Source: Ignavibacteriota bacterium
Lineage (GTDB): Bacteria; Bacteroidota; Ignavibacteria; UBA10030; UBA6906
DNA length: 64,000 nucleotides
Assembly: GCA_963849385.1 (NCBI GenBank)
Contig: CAWKHH010000009.1
Coordinates: 77,337-141,336, forward strand
Direction of reading: 5' to 3'
Below, in pieces: positions 32,495 through 44,652 of this stretch; within the stretch, counting starts at the first letter, position 1; the number at the start of each line of letters is the position of its first letter. The translations under genes and the position numbers were made by a program. The notes beneath the pieces were generated by a model. It saw nothing but the letters and a program-made list of their open reading frames with translations, ran no database searches and was not told where the DNA came from.

Positions 32495-32818
32495 TCAGTG
32501 GAGATGCGGCAGAAGTTTGTCCATGAGGTTTTTCTTCGGCATGGCACCGATAAGCTGTTCCACAACTTTCCCCCCATTGAAGATCATGACCGTGGGGATG
32601 CTGCGGATGCTGAATTTCATGGAGGTTTCGGGATTATTATCGACGTCGACCTTTACGACCTTGACCTTGCCGGCATATTCGTTGGCGATTTCTTCGACAA
32701 CCGGTGCGATCATCTTGCACGGGCCGCACCAGGTCGCCCAGAAATCCACGAGCACCGGAACATTCGATTTCAGCACTTCTGTTTCAAAGTTCGAGTCAGA
32801 CACTTCCGTTGGTTTCAT
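32495..32818 (-). CDS. trxA: thioredoxin
   Basis: 107 aa with the WCGPC active site. Confidence 0.9.
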   Translation of the reverse strand: MKPTEVSDSNFETEVLKSNVPVLVDFWATWCGPCKMIAPVVEEIANEYAGKVKVVKVDVDNNPETSMKFSIRSIPTVMIFNGGKVVEQLIGAMPKKNLMDKLLPHLH

Positions 32819-32833
32819 CGTCCCTCCTTATGT

Positions 32834-35800
32834 TCATGATCGGGCCGACAGATCACCGATGAATCGCACGCTCCGGTCTCCCAGCAGGAGTTTTGCTCCT
32901 TCCTGAAATCGGTCCGTCGGATCCACTTTGTATCGCGGCGAATGGTACATGCTGCGTGTTCGCTGTGTCCCTTCGAGAGCAATATAACACGGGCAATTCC
33001 CCGGGTGTTGCTCCAGGAGTTTCCGTAATTCTTGAACAACATTTTCACGGACGGCGTCCACGTTTATCGAGAGAATCACGCTGCGGGTGAATTTTTCCTT
33101 CACTTTACTGATCGGGTACACTTCGTTCACGAGGATGCGCAATTGGTCTCCGTTGAGCTCTCCTTTGCCGACAACCATCACGATGGCATCCGCGACGAGA
33201 AGATCCTGATACCTGGTGTACGGATCAGAAAAGACAATACACTCGCACCTACCGCTGAAGTCCTCGAGGCCCACGAACGCCATCATGTTGTTCCGCTTAT
33301 CCGGCTTCTTCTTGAGTGAAGTGACAATGCCGCATGCGCGCACCGTTGCGCTGCCTTTCAGATCACCCACCTCACCGAGCCGCACAGTGGCAAATTCCTT
33401 TATCTCTTCCTCGTATTTGAGAAGCGGGTGCCCCGATGCATAAAGTCCGAGCATGCCTTTCTCTCTCGCCAGCCTTTCCATCTCGCTCCAGGGGGCGACG
33501 TCGCCAAGCGGAGGATAGCCCACGTCCGCGCTGCCGCTCCCCGCTCCGCCAAAGAGACTCTCCTGCCCGGTCGCCGTGCTGTTTTGAGACGACTGCCCGA
33601 ACTGCAACGCGCGGTCGATGTTTTCAAAGAAAAGAGCACGGTGTCCCGACAACGAATCGAACGCCCCCGCCTGGATCAGGCCTTCAAGGCACTTGCGATT
33701 TGCCAGCCGGAGGTCAATCCGCGAGCAGAAGTCGAAGAGATTCTTGAAAAATCCCGCCGAACTCCGGGCCAGCACCACACTCTCAATGGCGCTCTGTCCA
33801 ACGTTCTTGATTGCGACAAGGCCGAATCGGATGGCTCCGTGAACGACGGTAAAATCCTTTCCGCTTTCGTTCACATCGGGCGGCAGCACCTGGATCCCGA
33901 CGTGGCGGCAATCGTCAATCAGCGGCGGAATTTTGTCCGTGTTGCCGATTTCGGAGGTCAGCGTGGCGGCCATGTATTCGGCCGGATAGTGTGCCTTGAG
34001 ATATGCGGTCTGGTAGGCGATCACAGAGTAGGCAACGCTGTGCGATTTGTTGAAACCGTACGACGCGAATTTTTCGATGAGGTCAAAGATATCTTCCGCG
34101 GACTTCTTGTCCAGGCCCCTTCCCATGGCCCCCGTCACAAACTCCTTTTTCATGTTTGCCATGAGGTCTTTGTCTTTCTTCCCCATCGCACGACGCATCA
34201 GATCCGCTTTGGCCAGTGAGAATCCGGCAACCTCGCTGGCGATTTTCATCACCTGTTCCTGATACACGATGATGCCGTACGTTTCCCGCAGAATCGGTTC
34301 CAGCAGCCGGTGCGTGTACCTGATCGGTTCGATGCCATGCTTCCGGGCAATGAAATCGCCGATCATTTCCATCGGACCGGGACGGTAGAGTGCGTTCATT
34401 GCGACAAGATCGCTGATCGTCGTCGGTTTGAGCTTGCGCAGCCAGTCGCGCATCCCCGAACTTTCAAACTGAAAAACGGCGACGGTATCGCCCCGGGCAA
34501 ACAATTCGAAGGTCTTCTGATCGTCTTCGGGAATTTCATCCAGATCGATCGTCACGCCATGGTTTTCCCTGATCATGCGCATGGCGTTTTCCATCACGGA
34601 AAGCGTTCGCAGTCCCAGGAAGTCCATCTTGAGCAAACCCGCCTTCTCGAGGTCCTTCATGTTGTACTGCGTCATGACCCCGGTGGTGGGCGTCTTGTAC
34701 AGCGGCACATAATCAGAGATGATTCCGGGAGCGATGACCACACCGGCGGCATGCATCCCCGCGTTCCGATTCAATCCCTCAAGCGCCAATGAAGCCGATA
34801 CCAGGGTTTGTATCTTCTCGTCGGGACTTTCCTTCACCCACTTGAGGTCCGCAATCGTGTCAAGAGCGTCTTTAAGCGGGCGCACCTTCCCCTGTTCCAC
34901 CGGGATCTGCTTCGTGATCGACTCGATTGTGCTCAGCGGAATGCCCAGGACGCGGCCGACGTCCTTCAGTACCGCACGGGCCGACAGCGTGCCGAAGGTG
35001 ATAATCTGCGACACGGAATCTGGGCCGTACTTGTCCCTCACGTACTGGATCACTTTTTCCCGTTTGTCATCGGCAAAATCCACGTCGATGTCAGGCATAC
35101 TGATGCGGTCGGGGTTGAGGAAACGCTCGAACAGGAGGTCGTATTTCAGCGGATCGACATTGGTAATTCGCAGAGCGTAGGAGACAATGCTCCCGGCAGC
35201 GCTCCCCCGGCCCGGTCCCACGGATACGCCCATCTCGCGCGCGGCGCGAATGAAATCCTGCACGATAAGGAAATACCCTGCATACCCCATCGTCTTAATG
35301 ACACCCATTTCATGCTCGAGCCGCTGCACCATTTGGGGCGTCGATTGCGGATAACGCTCCACGAACCCTTTTCGCGCAAGCTGCTCGAAGAAATCATCAA
35401 GATTCCCGACACCTGCAGTCGGCAGGTATCGGGAACAGCGGCATGCGGCTCCCTTTGAGCGACAACTTGAGGTCGCACTTTTCGGCTATCTCTAATGTTG
35501 AGGAAATGGCCTCAGGATAATCTCTGAAGAGCTCGGTCATCTCCTTGGTGGACTTGAAGTAAGCCTGATCCGTTTGATAGCGCAGTTTGGTATAATCCTG
35601 CGAGCTTCCGCTCGTCGAATCCGGGATCAGCAGGAGGATGTTGTGGGCTATCGCGTGTTCATGCTTCAGGTAATGGATATCGTTTGTACATACGAGCTTC
35701 AGGCCCAGGTCCTTTGCAAGCCTGGGGGCCTTCCTGCGAATCACCGCCTCGCGATCTATGCCATGATCCTGTATCTCGATGTAGAAATCGTCGCCGAAAA

Positions 35801-36315
35801 TGTCTTTGTAGATCTCTCCGGCTTCATACGCTTCCCGGTCGTTGCCGTTTGCCAGATGGGCAGACACGACGCCGCCGGCACACGCCGAGGTGGCAACAAG
35901 CCCCTCCCTGTACATGCGGAGCACTTCGGTATCTATACGGGGTTTGTAGTAGAACCCCTCGAGATGAGCGATTGAGCAAAGCTTTATAAGGTTCTTATAG
36001 CCGACCTCGTTCTTTGCCAGCAGGACCAGATGGTGATATGCTCCCCGTTTTCCCGCCCGATTCGGTTTGTTGCGTGCTCTTTTCCCGCCGATTCCCTTTC
36101 GTCAGGATGTAGGCTTCCATCCCTATGATCGGTTTGATCCCGGCGTCCTTTGCCTTTTTGTAGAACTCAATGGCACCAAACAGCACACCATGGTCGGTGA
36201 GGGCAATGGCCGGCATTTTCTCGGCGACGGCCGCGGCGATGAGATCGTCAATACGGCAGGCGGCGTCAAGAAGACTGTAATGCGAATGATTGTGAAGATG
36301 TACGAACTGATTCAT
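32834..36315 (-). CDS. dnaE: DNA polymerase III alpha subunit; reading frame interrupted twice near the 5' end
   Basis: PHP domain (HLHNHSHYSLLD), then AYHHLVLLAKNEVGYKNL, the palm/fingers region and an OB domain. Spread over ORFs 35995-36315, 35397-35924 and 32834-35362 in three frames. The +1 shifts lie near 36065 and 35400. Confidence 0.9.
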
Positions 36316-36528
36316 TGACTATTCAGAGAGAATCGACAGACACCGCGCATAAGCGCAGAGAAACACTCTCGTTGATTTCAGGCAGCAGCTCTGAGCAAAG
36401 TAGTTTCATTGACGTGTGAAGTCAAGAGGCACCGCAGATAATTTGTACACATTCTTTGCGCATAGGGACGTGGACAACACATGCGGCCCATCTAATCTAC
36501 ACTCAATGAAACGGGGAAACCCCCTTTG

Positions 36529-37952
36529 CTAGAACGTATTCACCACAAGGAGCTTAAGTTCAGTCATCTCTTCAATTGCGTAGCGAATGCCTTCCCGGCC
36601 AAAGCCTGAATCTTTTATGCCGCCGTACGGCATGTGATCTATGCGATACGTCGGGACGTCATTCACTACCACTCCTCCGACCTGCAATTCATTAAAGGCC
36701 TTGAACGTTTTGTGAAGATCCCGCGTGAAGAGTCCGGCCTGCAGCCCGAATTCGGATGCATTCACCCGGGCAAAGCATCGTCAAAGCTGTCATACGGCTC
36801 TATCGTCATGATCGGGGCAAAGGCTTCCAGGCAGCTTATCTTCATGCGGGGCTCGACATCCTGAAGGATGGCAGGAGTCAGGACGGCACCATCCCTTAGC
36901 CCACCGCAAACAAGCTTTGCACCGCCTTCTACAGCCTCCTTGATCCATGCTTCAATCTTCCTGGCTGCATCCCCGGTAATCATCGGGCCGACGATGGTAC
37001 GATCGTCGAACGGATCGCCTGCCACGAGATGTGTGGTAAGGGAGAGCAGGCGTTCCCTCGCGTGCTCCCAGATGGAATTGTGAATATACACCCGCTGGAC
37101 CGATATGCACGATTGTCCGGCATTGGCGAACGCCCCGTTGACGGTCTTGGGAAGAGCGGAATCAAGATCGGCATCGGGCTCGATTATGACACCTGCGTTT
37201 CCACCAAGTTCCAACGTGACCTTCTTCTTCCCCGCCTTTGATTTCAGGGGCCAGCCGACTGCTGGACTCCCGGTGAAGGTAACCAACTTAATGCGTTGAT
37301 CCTCAATTAGTTGAGAGCTTTCATCTCCAGTACAGGGAACGACATTGAATGCCCCTTGTGAGAGTGCAGTACCCGACACTACCTCGGCGAGCATGAGTGC
37401 CACCTGAGGCGAGTTGGAGGATGGTTTCACGACGATTGTATTTCCGGCGGCTATGGCGGGGGCGACCTTGTGCGCGACAAGATTCAAGGGAAAATTGAAG
37501 GGGGTTATTGCGCTGATTGGGCCAATGGGAAAGTGACGCACGAGGCCGAACCGACCTAGTGATTGGGCATTGAGGTCCAACGGGAGCACGTCGCCGCCGA
37601 TCCTTCGTGCTTCATCTGCAGCGATGGAGAATGTGAGGATGCTCCGTTCAACCTCAGACCGGGACAGGGAGATTGGTTTCCCTGTCTCCAGGGTTATCAT
37701 CTGCGCGAATTCCTCCCGTCGGGCCTCGATACACCGAACGATTTCGCTCAATATTCCGTGTCTCTCGAACCCGCTGGATCGGCGCGTCACTTCAAACGCA
37801 GCAGTGGCAGCACCAATCGCGTCGTCAATGTCCCGGGAGGATGCCTGGCACACGTCTCCTGCCGGGCGTCCGTCGAATGGGTTGCGGACGGCCCGAACCA
37901 CATCCGACCGCCGCCACTGACCGGCAACGTAGAATGGCTTCCCCATCCTCAA
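36529..37952 (-). CDS. NAD(P)-dependent aldehyde dehydrogenase family protein; frame break near 36765
   Basis: ALDH glutamate and cysteine regions (ELGGNAG; [10 protein letters not shown]). The C-terminal EEMTELK region is in ORF 36529-36765 in another frame. Overlaps the proS stop by 4 nt. Confidence 0.8.
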
Positions 37953-39682
37953 TTCCCATCAGCCAACAGCTTCAGGTGAGCAATCGAATTCTCCCGTTCC
38001 ACGAACGTCCGCTCCCCTGTCTTCCGCACCTTGATCTCGATCTTGCCTTGAGCGAGGTTCTTCTCTCCCACAATCACCTGGAACGGCATCCCGAGCAGGT
38101 CGGCATCCTTGAATTTGAATCCGGGGCTCACGTCCGTACGGTCGTCGAAGAGCACCTCGAGTCCAATGCCCTGCATTTCAACGTAAAGCTGCTCCGCTGC
38201 ATCCATCACCGCTTTGCTCTTTGTCCCCACCGCAATGAGATGGAACATGAAGGGCGCAAGTGACTTGTCCCATATGATGCCGTTCTCGTCGTGGTTCTGC
38301 TCAATGTGGCATGCGACGATGCGTTCTACGCCAATTCCATAGCTGCCCATGATAATCGGCTGTTCTTTTCCGTTCTCGTCGAGGAACTTTGCATTCAATG
38401 CATCAGCGTACTTGGTCCCCAGCTTGAAGATGTGGCCAAGTTCTACTCCTTTGACCACGCGCAACGGACCCGTGCCATTAGGACTTTCCTCGCCGGGAGT
38501 AATGGTGCGCAAATCATAGTAGCCGTCGATCGTGCAGTCACGTTCAAGATCGATATTCGTGATGTGATAGTCGTTCCTGTTCGCACCGCTGACAAGATTG
38601 TTCGCGCCTTTCAATCGGTTGTCGGCAACGATCCTGAATTTCGCACTCGCCGGTGTGCGTTCGCGAAGCCCGACCGGACCGATTGAACCACCATCTGCGC
38701 CGGTCAGCGCGATCAGTTTCTCTGCTTCGATAGGCCGGACCTCCGTGCCCATCGCTGTCATGAGTTTGGCCTCATTTAATGCATCATTGCCGAGCATCAG
38801 CACAAGGACAGGGATCTCATCCGCCCAGTAGACGACGGATTTTGCCAGCCGGTTGTGGTCAACCTTAAGAAAATCCGCAACCTGGTCGATGGTCTTGATG
38901 TTCGGTGTATGGACTTCCTTGAGCGCCTTGCTTTCGGTGTCCCGGGGAGCGACCGGTACACGAGATGTTGCGACTTCGACGTTTGCGGCATAGCTATTGT
39001 CGGCCGACACGGCGATGACGTCTTCGCCCGCGTTCGACTCCATCATGAACTCTTGTGAGCCCGTACCGCCCATCGCTCCGCTGGAAGCGCCCACGATGAA
39101 GAAGTTCAGTCCACAGCGGGCGAAGATCTTCTTGTAGGCATGCGCATGAAGATCATAGCTCTTGTCCAGGCCTTTCCACGTGGAGTCGAGACTATAGCTG
39201 TCTTTCATGATGAACTGGCGGCCCCGGAGTACGCCTGAACGTGGCCGCGGCTCATTCCGGAACTTCGTCTGGATTTGATACCATATCTGCGGCATCTCCT
39301 TGTAGGAAGAGATGTGGTTCTTCGCCAGCCAGCAGATGACTTCTTCATGAGTCGGCGCCAGAACCAGAGGCCGGTTCTTCAGGTGGAACAGGATGTCGCC
39401 GAACGCCTTGACGCGGCCGGTTTCCTCCCAGAGCTCTATCGGGCTCAGAGCGGGCAGGTGCAGTTCCTGTGCGCCGATGGCATCCATTTCCTGACGGATA
39501 ATTTCCATCGCTTTCTTGAAGGAACGGTAGCACAACGGCAGGTACGCATACACTCCGGCAGCAAGTGCGCGGACCATGCCAGCACGGATCATCAATTGAT
39601 GGCTGGGAATGACTGCGTCCGCAGGTGTCTCTTTGACTGTGGGAATGAATCCGGAACTAAAACGCATACTGGTCTTTTTCAT
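37949..39682 (-). CDS. proS: proline--tRNA ligase (bacterial type with editing domain)
   Basis: Class II motifs, an INS editing domain and a C-terminal anticodon-binding domain. ATG at 39682 (MKKTSMRFSSGFIPTVKE...). Confidence 0.9.
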   Translation of the reverse strand: MKKTSMRFSSGFIPTVKETPADAVIPSHQLMIRAGMVRALAAGVYAYLPLCYRSFKKAMEIIRQEMDAIGAQELHLPALSPIELWEETGRVKAFGDILFHLKNRPLVLAPTHEEVICWLAKNHISSYKEMPQIWYQIQTKFRNEPRPRSGVLRGRQFIMKDSYSLDSTWKGLDKSYDLHAHAYKKIFARCGLNFFIVGASSGAMGGTGSQEFMMESNAGEDVIAVSADNSYAANVEVATSRVPVAPRDTESKALKEVHTPNIKTIDQVADFLKVDHNRLAKSVVYWADEIPVLVLMLGNDALNEAKLMTAMGTEVRPIEAEKLIALTGADGGSIGPVGLRERTPASAKFRIVADNRLKGANNLVSGANRNDYHITNIDLERDCTIDGYYDLRTITPGEESPNGTGPLRVVKGVELGHIFKLGTKYADALNAKFLDENGKEQPIIMGSYGIGVERIVACHIEQNHDENGIIWDKSLAPFMFHLIAVGTKSKAVMDAAEQLYVEMQGIGLEVLFDDRTDVSPGFKFKDADLLGMPFQVIVGEKNLAQGKIEIKVRKTGERTFVERENSIAHLKLLADGN

Positions 39683-39795
39683 GTTGGCGAATATGTAAAG
39701 ATACGAAAATGCGTTTGGCGAAGCAAGGAAACGGGAATAGCAAGGGCGCCCGGCAGGGCGCCCTTGGCGTGGCACATCGGGACCGGAAGGCCGGA

Positions 39796-41248
39796 CTAGT
39801 TGGCAGCCGGATTCCCGTCTACATCTGATATCACGATTGGTCCAAACTTCATCTGCTCGATCCCCGGTCTGATGACCTTCGTGTCACCAACGACAACCAT
39901 CGCCATCCGGGATGTGTCAAGATACTTTTGTGCGACACGTTGGACATCCGCGAGTGTCACAGCATCAACATTCTTCAAGTAGTTCACAAAGTAGTCGTCC
40001 GGCAACTTGTACACGACAAGGTTCACCAGGGCACCGGCAATCTGTTGCGGACTTTCAAATCCGGTTGCGAACACGCCTTTTGTCCGGTTCTTCGCGAATT
40101 CCAGTTCTACTGCGGACAGGCCTTTTTCGCGCATGAGATCAATCTCGCGCAAAAATTCCTGCAGCGAACTATCCGTTTTCGCAGAATGCACGCCGCCGGA
40201 AGCCATAAACGGCCCGGGCATCCGCGTGAACTGGAACGCGGAACGGACACCGTAGCTGAACCCCCTTCGCTCGCGAATATTCGAGTTCAGGCGGCTCGAA
40301 AACTGCCCGCCCAGAACAAGATTCATCAGATTCACAGGGAAAAAATCCGGGGACGTGCGTGCGAGTGCCGGAAACCCGATGCGTATTTCCGATTGCGGCG
40401 CGCCGGGCTTATCGATGAGATACACCTTTCGAGTATCCACCTGCGGCGTGGGGAACGACTGAACTACAGGCACTTCGGCCTTCAGCCAGGAGGCGAACAT
40501 GTTCGTGATTTTCGGCAGCAGTGTCTCCATTGAGGCATCACCGTATACAATCAGCGTTGCACTGTTCGGGCGGTAGTATGTCCCATAGAATTTCACAAGA
40601 TCTTCGCGGGTCAGCCCCTTGACCGATTGCTCCGTCCCGGAGATATCATTGCCATACGGATGGTTGGCACCGTAGAGAATACGGGAGAATGCCAACGAGG
40701 CAATCACCGTCGGCCTGTCCTTTTGCTGCAGGAGCGACGTCAGTCGTTCATTCTTTACGCGTGAAAATTCCTTTTCGGGGAACGTGGCGCGTGTGAGAAC
40801 GTCCGCGTATACATCGAGTGCAGCGTCGAAGTGTTTGGTCAAACAATCCAGGGACACACTGACAAAATCGGATTGCGAAGAGACCCGCATGCTCGCTCCT
40901 ATGCGATCGATCTCGTCGGCTATCTGAAGTGAGGTTCTGGACTTCGTCCCCTCCTGGAGCATGGAGGCGGTGAGTGAGGCCAGACCCGGCGTGTTCAACG
41001 GATCACGTTCTGATCCGGCAAACAGCACGAGGTTGCATGCAATGATTGGCAGCTTATGATTTTCGACAAGCCACACACGGAGGCCGTTGGGCAACTCCGC
41101 GCGTTGGATCTTCGGAAGGTGCATTTCCGGCGTGGGTCCGAGCTTCGGACGAATGGTCCGATCCGGGTCCTGTTGAGCCACAGCAAGCGAGTGCAGGGCG
41201 AGGGTCCCCGGCCAGAATAAAGCAATAGAGCTTATGCGAGCGGTTCAT
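39796..41248 (-). CDS. M16-family peptidase, non-catalytic-type subunit (no HXXEH); probable frame break in the signal peptide region
   Basis: Pitrilysin-family fold over 460 aa without the zinc motif. The upstream in-frame stretch ISSIALFWPGTLALHSLAVA looks like a signal peptide, but ATG (MNRSHK...) at 41248 is in an adjacent frame. Confidence 0.65.
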
Positions 41249-41261
41249 TGAAGGTCTCCAG

Positions 41262-42623
41262 TCATTTCGATGCAGGCGGTTGGGCGGCCAGATTTGGTTT
41301 CCCTTGCGGGACGATACTCAGCACCACCTTGTGTTGGGCGAATGCCTTACGCGCATCGGCAAGGATTTCGGCGGGAGTGATCCCTTTGAACCTCTCCAGT
41401 TCTTTGTTGAGGTTCCCGGCATCTCCGCTCAGGGTGAACGCACTTGCGAGTCCGATGGTTTTCCCAAACACCGTTGCCTGTCGGTTGATGACGGAGGCCT
41501 CTTTCTGATTCAGAGGAAGTCTGCACCTCTTTTTCCGTCACGCCATTCTTCAGCATCTCATCAAGCACCTGCTGACACCGCCGTTTCGATCTCCGTCAGT
41601 GTCTTGCCCGGTTTGGCGGTCACGGTAATGGACAACTCTCCTGCGATTTCAGAACCACCCTGTGATGCGGTGACGGATTGTGCGATCTGCTTCTCGTACA
41701 CAAGGCTCTTATAGAGCCGCGAGTTCTTTCCCGCACCAAGAATATCGGTCATGACATCACGCACGGCATCCGTCCGCGTGAATCCACGGGCACTCGGCCA
41801 GGTAAGATAGAGCCGGGGAAGTTGTACTCTGTCTTCAAGAACGAGGCGGTTGTCTGCGCCGAGAGTGATCTCCTGCGGTGCCGGACGATCAAAGGCCTTC
41901 CCGCGCGGAATCGGACCGAAATACTTGGCGACCCATGTCTCTCACTTGCGCCGGGTCAATGTCCCCGGCGATCACGACGCACGCATTGTTCGGCGCATAG
42001 TACGTGGCAAAGAACGTCTTCACGTCTTCAAGTGAGGCGGCGCTCAGGTCGGCCATGGATCCGATCACCGGCCAGCTATAGGGGTGAGTGTCGGGATACA
42101 GGGCTTTGGCAATCGTCTCGTAAGACATTCCATATGGCACGTTTTCCGTCGTTTGCCGGCGTTCGTTCTTGACGACGTCCCGCTGGTTGTCGAGCTTTGT
42201 CTGGTCCATGGCAGGCAGGAGAAAACCCATTCTGTCGGATTCCAGGTAGATGGCAAGTTCAAGTCCGTTGCTGGGCAGAGTCTCGAAGTAGTTGGTGCGA
42301 TCTTCGCTCGTTGAGCCGTTGACATTTGCTCCGACCTGCTGGAGGAGCCTGAAGTGTTCCTCTTTCTGCACATGCTGGGATCCCTGGAACATCATATGTT
42401 CGAAGAGATGCGCGAAGCCGGTCTTGCCCTTCTTCTCGTTCTTCGAACCCACGTGATACATCATCATGATAGATGCTACAGGGGCCGCGTGATCCTCATG
42501 GAGGATCACCGTCAGGCCGTTGTCGAGTACGTATTGCTCGAACTTCACGTCATATTGGGCAAGCAGGATGCCGGGGAGCAACAGTAAAAGGGCGGCAAGC
42601 GTGCCCCGCAGTCGCCGGGTCAT
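41262..42623 (-). CDS. M16-family zinc peptidase (HXXEH, catalytic); reading frame interrupted at least 3 times
   Basis: AGGAGA RBS, signal peptide MTRRLRGTLAALLLLLPGILLA, and the HLFEHMMFQG zinc motif. Spread over ORFs 41889-42869, 41561-41764, 41347-41568 and 41262-41471. Confidence 0.7.
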
Positions 42624-42711
42624 AGCGAATTCTCCTGAACGTTTGTGTGGAATGGCAAGTACGATGCTGTCAATATCGGAAAATTCCGCACAACTGTCTA
42701 CACCCCTGAGT

Positions 42712-42780
42712 GTGACAAACAGATCTATGTGACAAACAGATCTATGACAGACAGATCTGACACACGAGTCTGACAAAGAC
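42712..42780. repeat. tandem direct repeat (GTGACAAACAGATCTAT x2 plus a degenerate third copy) in the divergent M16 / amidohydrolase promoter region
   Basis: Two exact 17 bp units, then GACAGACAGATCTGACACACGAGTCTGACAAAGAC. Multiple TGACA half-sites. Confidence 0.4.
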
Positions 42781-42867
42781 GTCCGGTCACCCCGGGCGGG
42801 GTCAGACCACGAAATGCCCCGAACCGCGTGAGATTGCGTCTCAGAAGAGATTTGCGCATGATGTATC

Positions 42868-44640
42868 ATGAAAGAGACCTACACGCGGTGCATCTTCCTC
42901 CTGGTGTGTTTGGCATCTACTCTTCCCGCTGTCGCCGGCCCGCCCACTTTCCCGTCAGTCTCCGATACTTCTGATAACCACCGGTTCGATATCGTCATCA
43001 GAAACGGCCGGGTCGTGGACCCTGAACGACGGCTGGATTCTGTGCTGAACATTGGAATAACCCGGGGAACAATCCTCGAAATTTCGGCTGATTCGTTGCG
43101 GGGACGCCAGATCATTGATGCAACCGGGTTGGTCGTTGCTCCGGGGTTCATTGACCTTCTCTCCTATGATCCGATCGAGCCAGGTGTATGGACCAAGATA
43201 GGAGATGGTGTCACCACAACGCTTGCCATGCATGGGGGAACGGCTGATCCTGATCGCTGGTATGCTGCTTATGCCAAACAAAGACCTCCTGTAAATTACG
43301 GCGCGTCATTCTTCTACAACGAAGCAAGGGTTCAGATCGTCAAGGACCGGTACCAGCCGGCATCGGCTGAGGCGCGGGGAATATTGCTGGCACGGGCAGA
43401 GAAAGCGCTCCGCCGCGGTGCTCTCGGTGCATCGTTTGCACTTGAGTATGTTCCCGGCACCGCCAGCGGGGAGATTCTCCCCGTCATGTCCCTTGCAGCA
43501 AAATACGCACTGCCCGTATTCTTCCATGCGCGGTATTCAGACATGGAAGAGCCCGGCACCAACCTTGACGGTCTTCGGGAAATCATCGGGTATGCACGCA
43601 CGACGCATGCGGCTGTACACATTGATCATATTAACAGCACAGGTGGCACGTTCTCCATGCCACGGTCGCTTGCCATGCTCGATTCTGCACGCTCGGAAGG
43701 GCTGGACATCACTGCGTGCATGTATCCCTACCCCTATTGGGCAACATACCTCAACAGTGCCCGGTTTGACGCCGGGTGGCAGCACCGGTTCCATATTTCG
43801 TATGGAGATCTCCAGCTCGGCGGATCATCAGCTCGACTCACGCGTGAAACATTCCTGGAGAATCGCCGGCTCGGCAAACTGGCAGTAGCGTATGCAATTC
43901 CTGACGAAGACAACCGGGCCGCACTCCGGTCGTCGTACGTGATGATCGGCAGTGATGCGATCCTCGAGCCCGGTTTCAACAATCACCCCCGGGCATCCGG
44001 AACATTCTCCCGCACGATAGCGGTGTACGTCCGCGAGCAAAAAACCATCTCGCTCATGGATGCTGTCGCGAAAATGACTATTCTGCCGGCCCATCGCATG
44101 GAGAGTGCAAGCGCGTCGATGAAGCGGAAAGGACGTCTGCAGGTGGGCGCCGATGCCGATGTGGTCGTGTTCGATGCGTCGCGCATTCGCGACCGGGCGA
44201 CAGTGGAGCACCCCGAGGCACCTTCCGAAGGGATTCAGTACGTTCTTGTTGGCGGGAAAGTCGTTCTTGACGGATCGGGACTGCACAAGAACGTGCGGAA
44301 TGGATCGGCAATCAGGGGGAAGATCATGAATAGCACAAGAAACCCCGCCCGGCATTTCACCGAGCGGGGTTTCGCATTAATCCGGAGCCCCGAAAGCTCG
44401 CGCTACCAGGCTTCACCGGAGGCTCCTATGTTTGTTGTCAAGATAGGATCACCTCCCTTCCCCAGGGCACTTAGAACGCGACAGAAGCTTCCCTGTAAAA
44501 CTTCCGGCGCAGCGTGGACTGCACCGGAAATGTACAAAGAGACGGACAAAAAGCAAAGGGTTTTTCTCAACCGGGCATCGTCACGCAGCACAATGAGAAA
44601 GAAGGCCCGGCAATGTGCCGGGCCTTCTCGTGAACGGTGA
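42868..44640 (+). CDS. amidohydrolase-family protein (N-acyl-D-amino-acid deacylase/D-aminoacylase-like); 3' end probably earlier (about 44325)
   Basis: Signal peptide, metal-dependent hydrolase core (RNGRVVDP...GFIDLLSY...) and a beta-sandwich C-domain. The last ~100 aa are low-complexity and read through a terminator-like hairpin. Confidence 0.65.
   Translation: MKETYTRCIFLLVCLASTLPAVAGPPTFPSVSDTSDNHRFDIVIRNGRVVDPERRLDSVLNIGITRGTILEISADSLRGRQIIDATGLVVAPGFIDLLSYDPIEPGVWTKIGDGVTTTLAMHGGTADPDRWYAAYAKQRPPVNYGASFFYNEARVQIVKDRYQPASAEARGILLARAEKALRRGALGASFALEYVPGTASGEILPVMSLAAKYALPVFFHARYSDMEEPGTNLDGLREIIGYARTTHAAVHIDHINSTGGTFSMPRSLAMLDSARSEGLDITACMYPYPYWATYLNSARFDAGWQHRFHISYGDLQLGGSSARLTRETFLENRRLGKLAVAYAIPDEDNRAALRSSYVMIGSDAILEPGFNNHPRASGTFSRTIAVYVREQKTISLMDAVAKMTILPAHRMESASASMKRKGRLQVGADADVVVFDASRIRDRATVEHPEAPSEGIQYVLVGGKVVLDGSGLHKNVRNGSAIRGKIMNSTRNPARHFTERGFALIRSPESSRYQASPEAPMFVVKIGSPPFPRALRTRQKLPCKTSGAAWTAPEMYKETDKKQRVFLNRASSRSTMRKKARQCAGPSRER
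44341..44371. terminator. terminator-like hairpin AACCCCGC(N15)GCGGGGTT
   Basis: 8 bp GC-rich stem followed by TTCGCATT, lying between convergent genes. Confidence 0.3.
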
Positions 44641-44652
44641 TCGGATGTGCGG

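Noticed and set aside
41054-41248. ORF 41054-41248 as a separate small gene
   Set aside because: Only its first codons (MNRSHK) are plausible. They most likely supply the start codon and n-region of the M16 peptidase signal peptide, which is in an adjacent frame.
42712-42780. Direct repeats, and the helicase 27 bp repeats at 46724-46831, as a possible CRISPR array
   Set aside because: Only 2-4 copies, contiguous without spacers, and one set is in-frame coding sequence.
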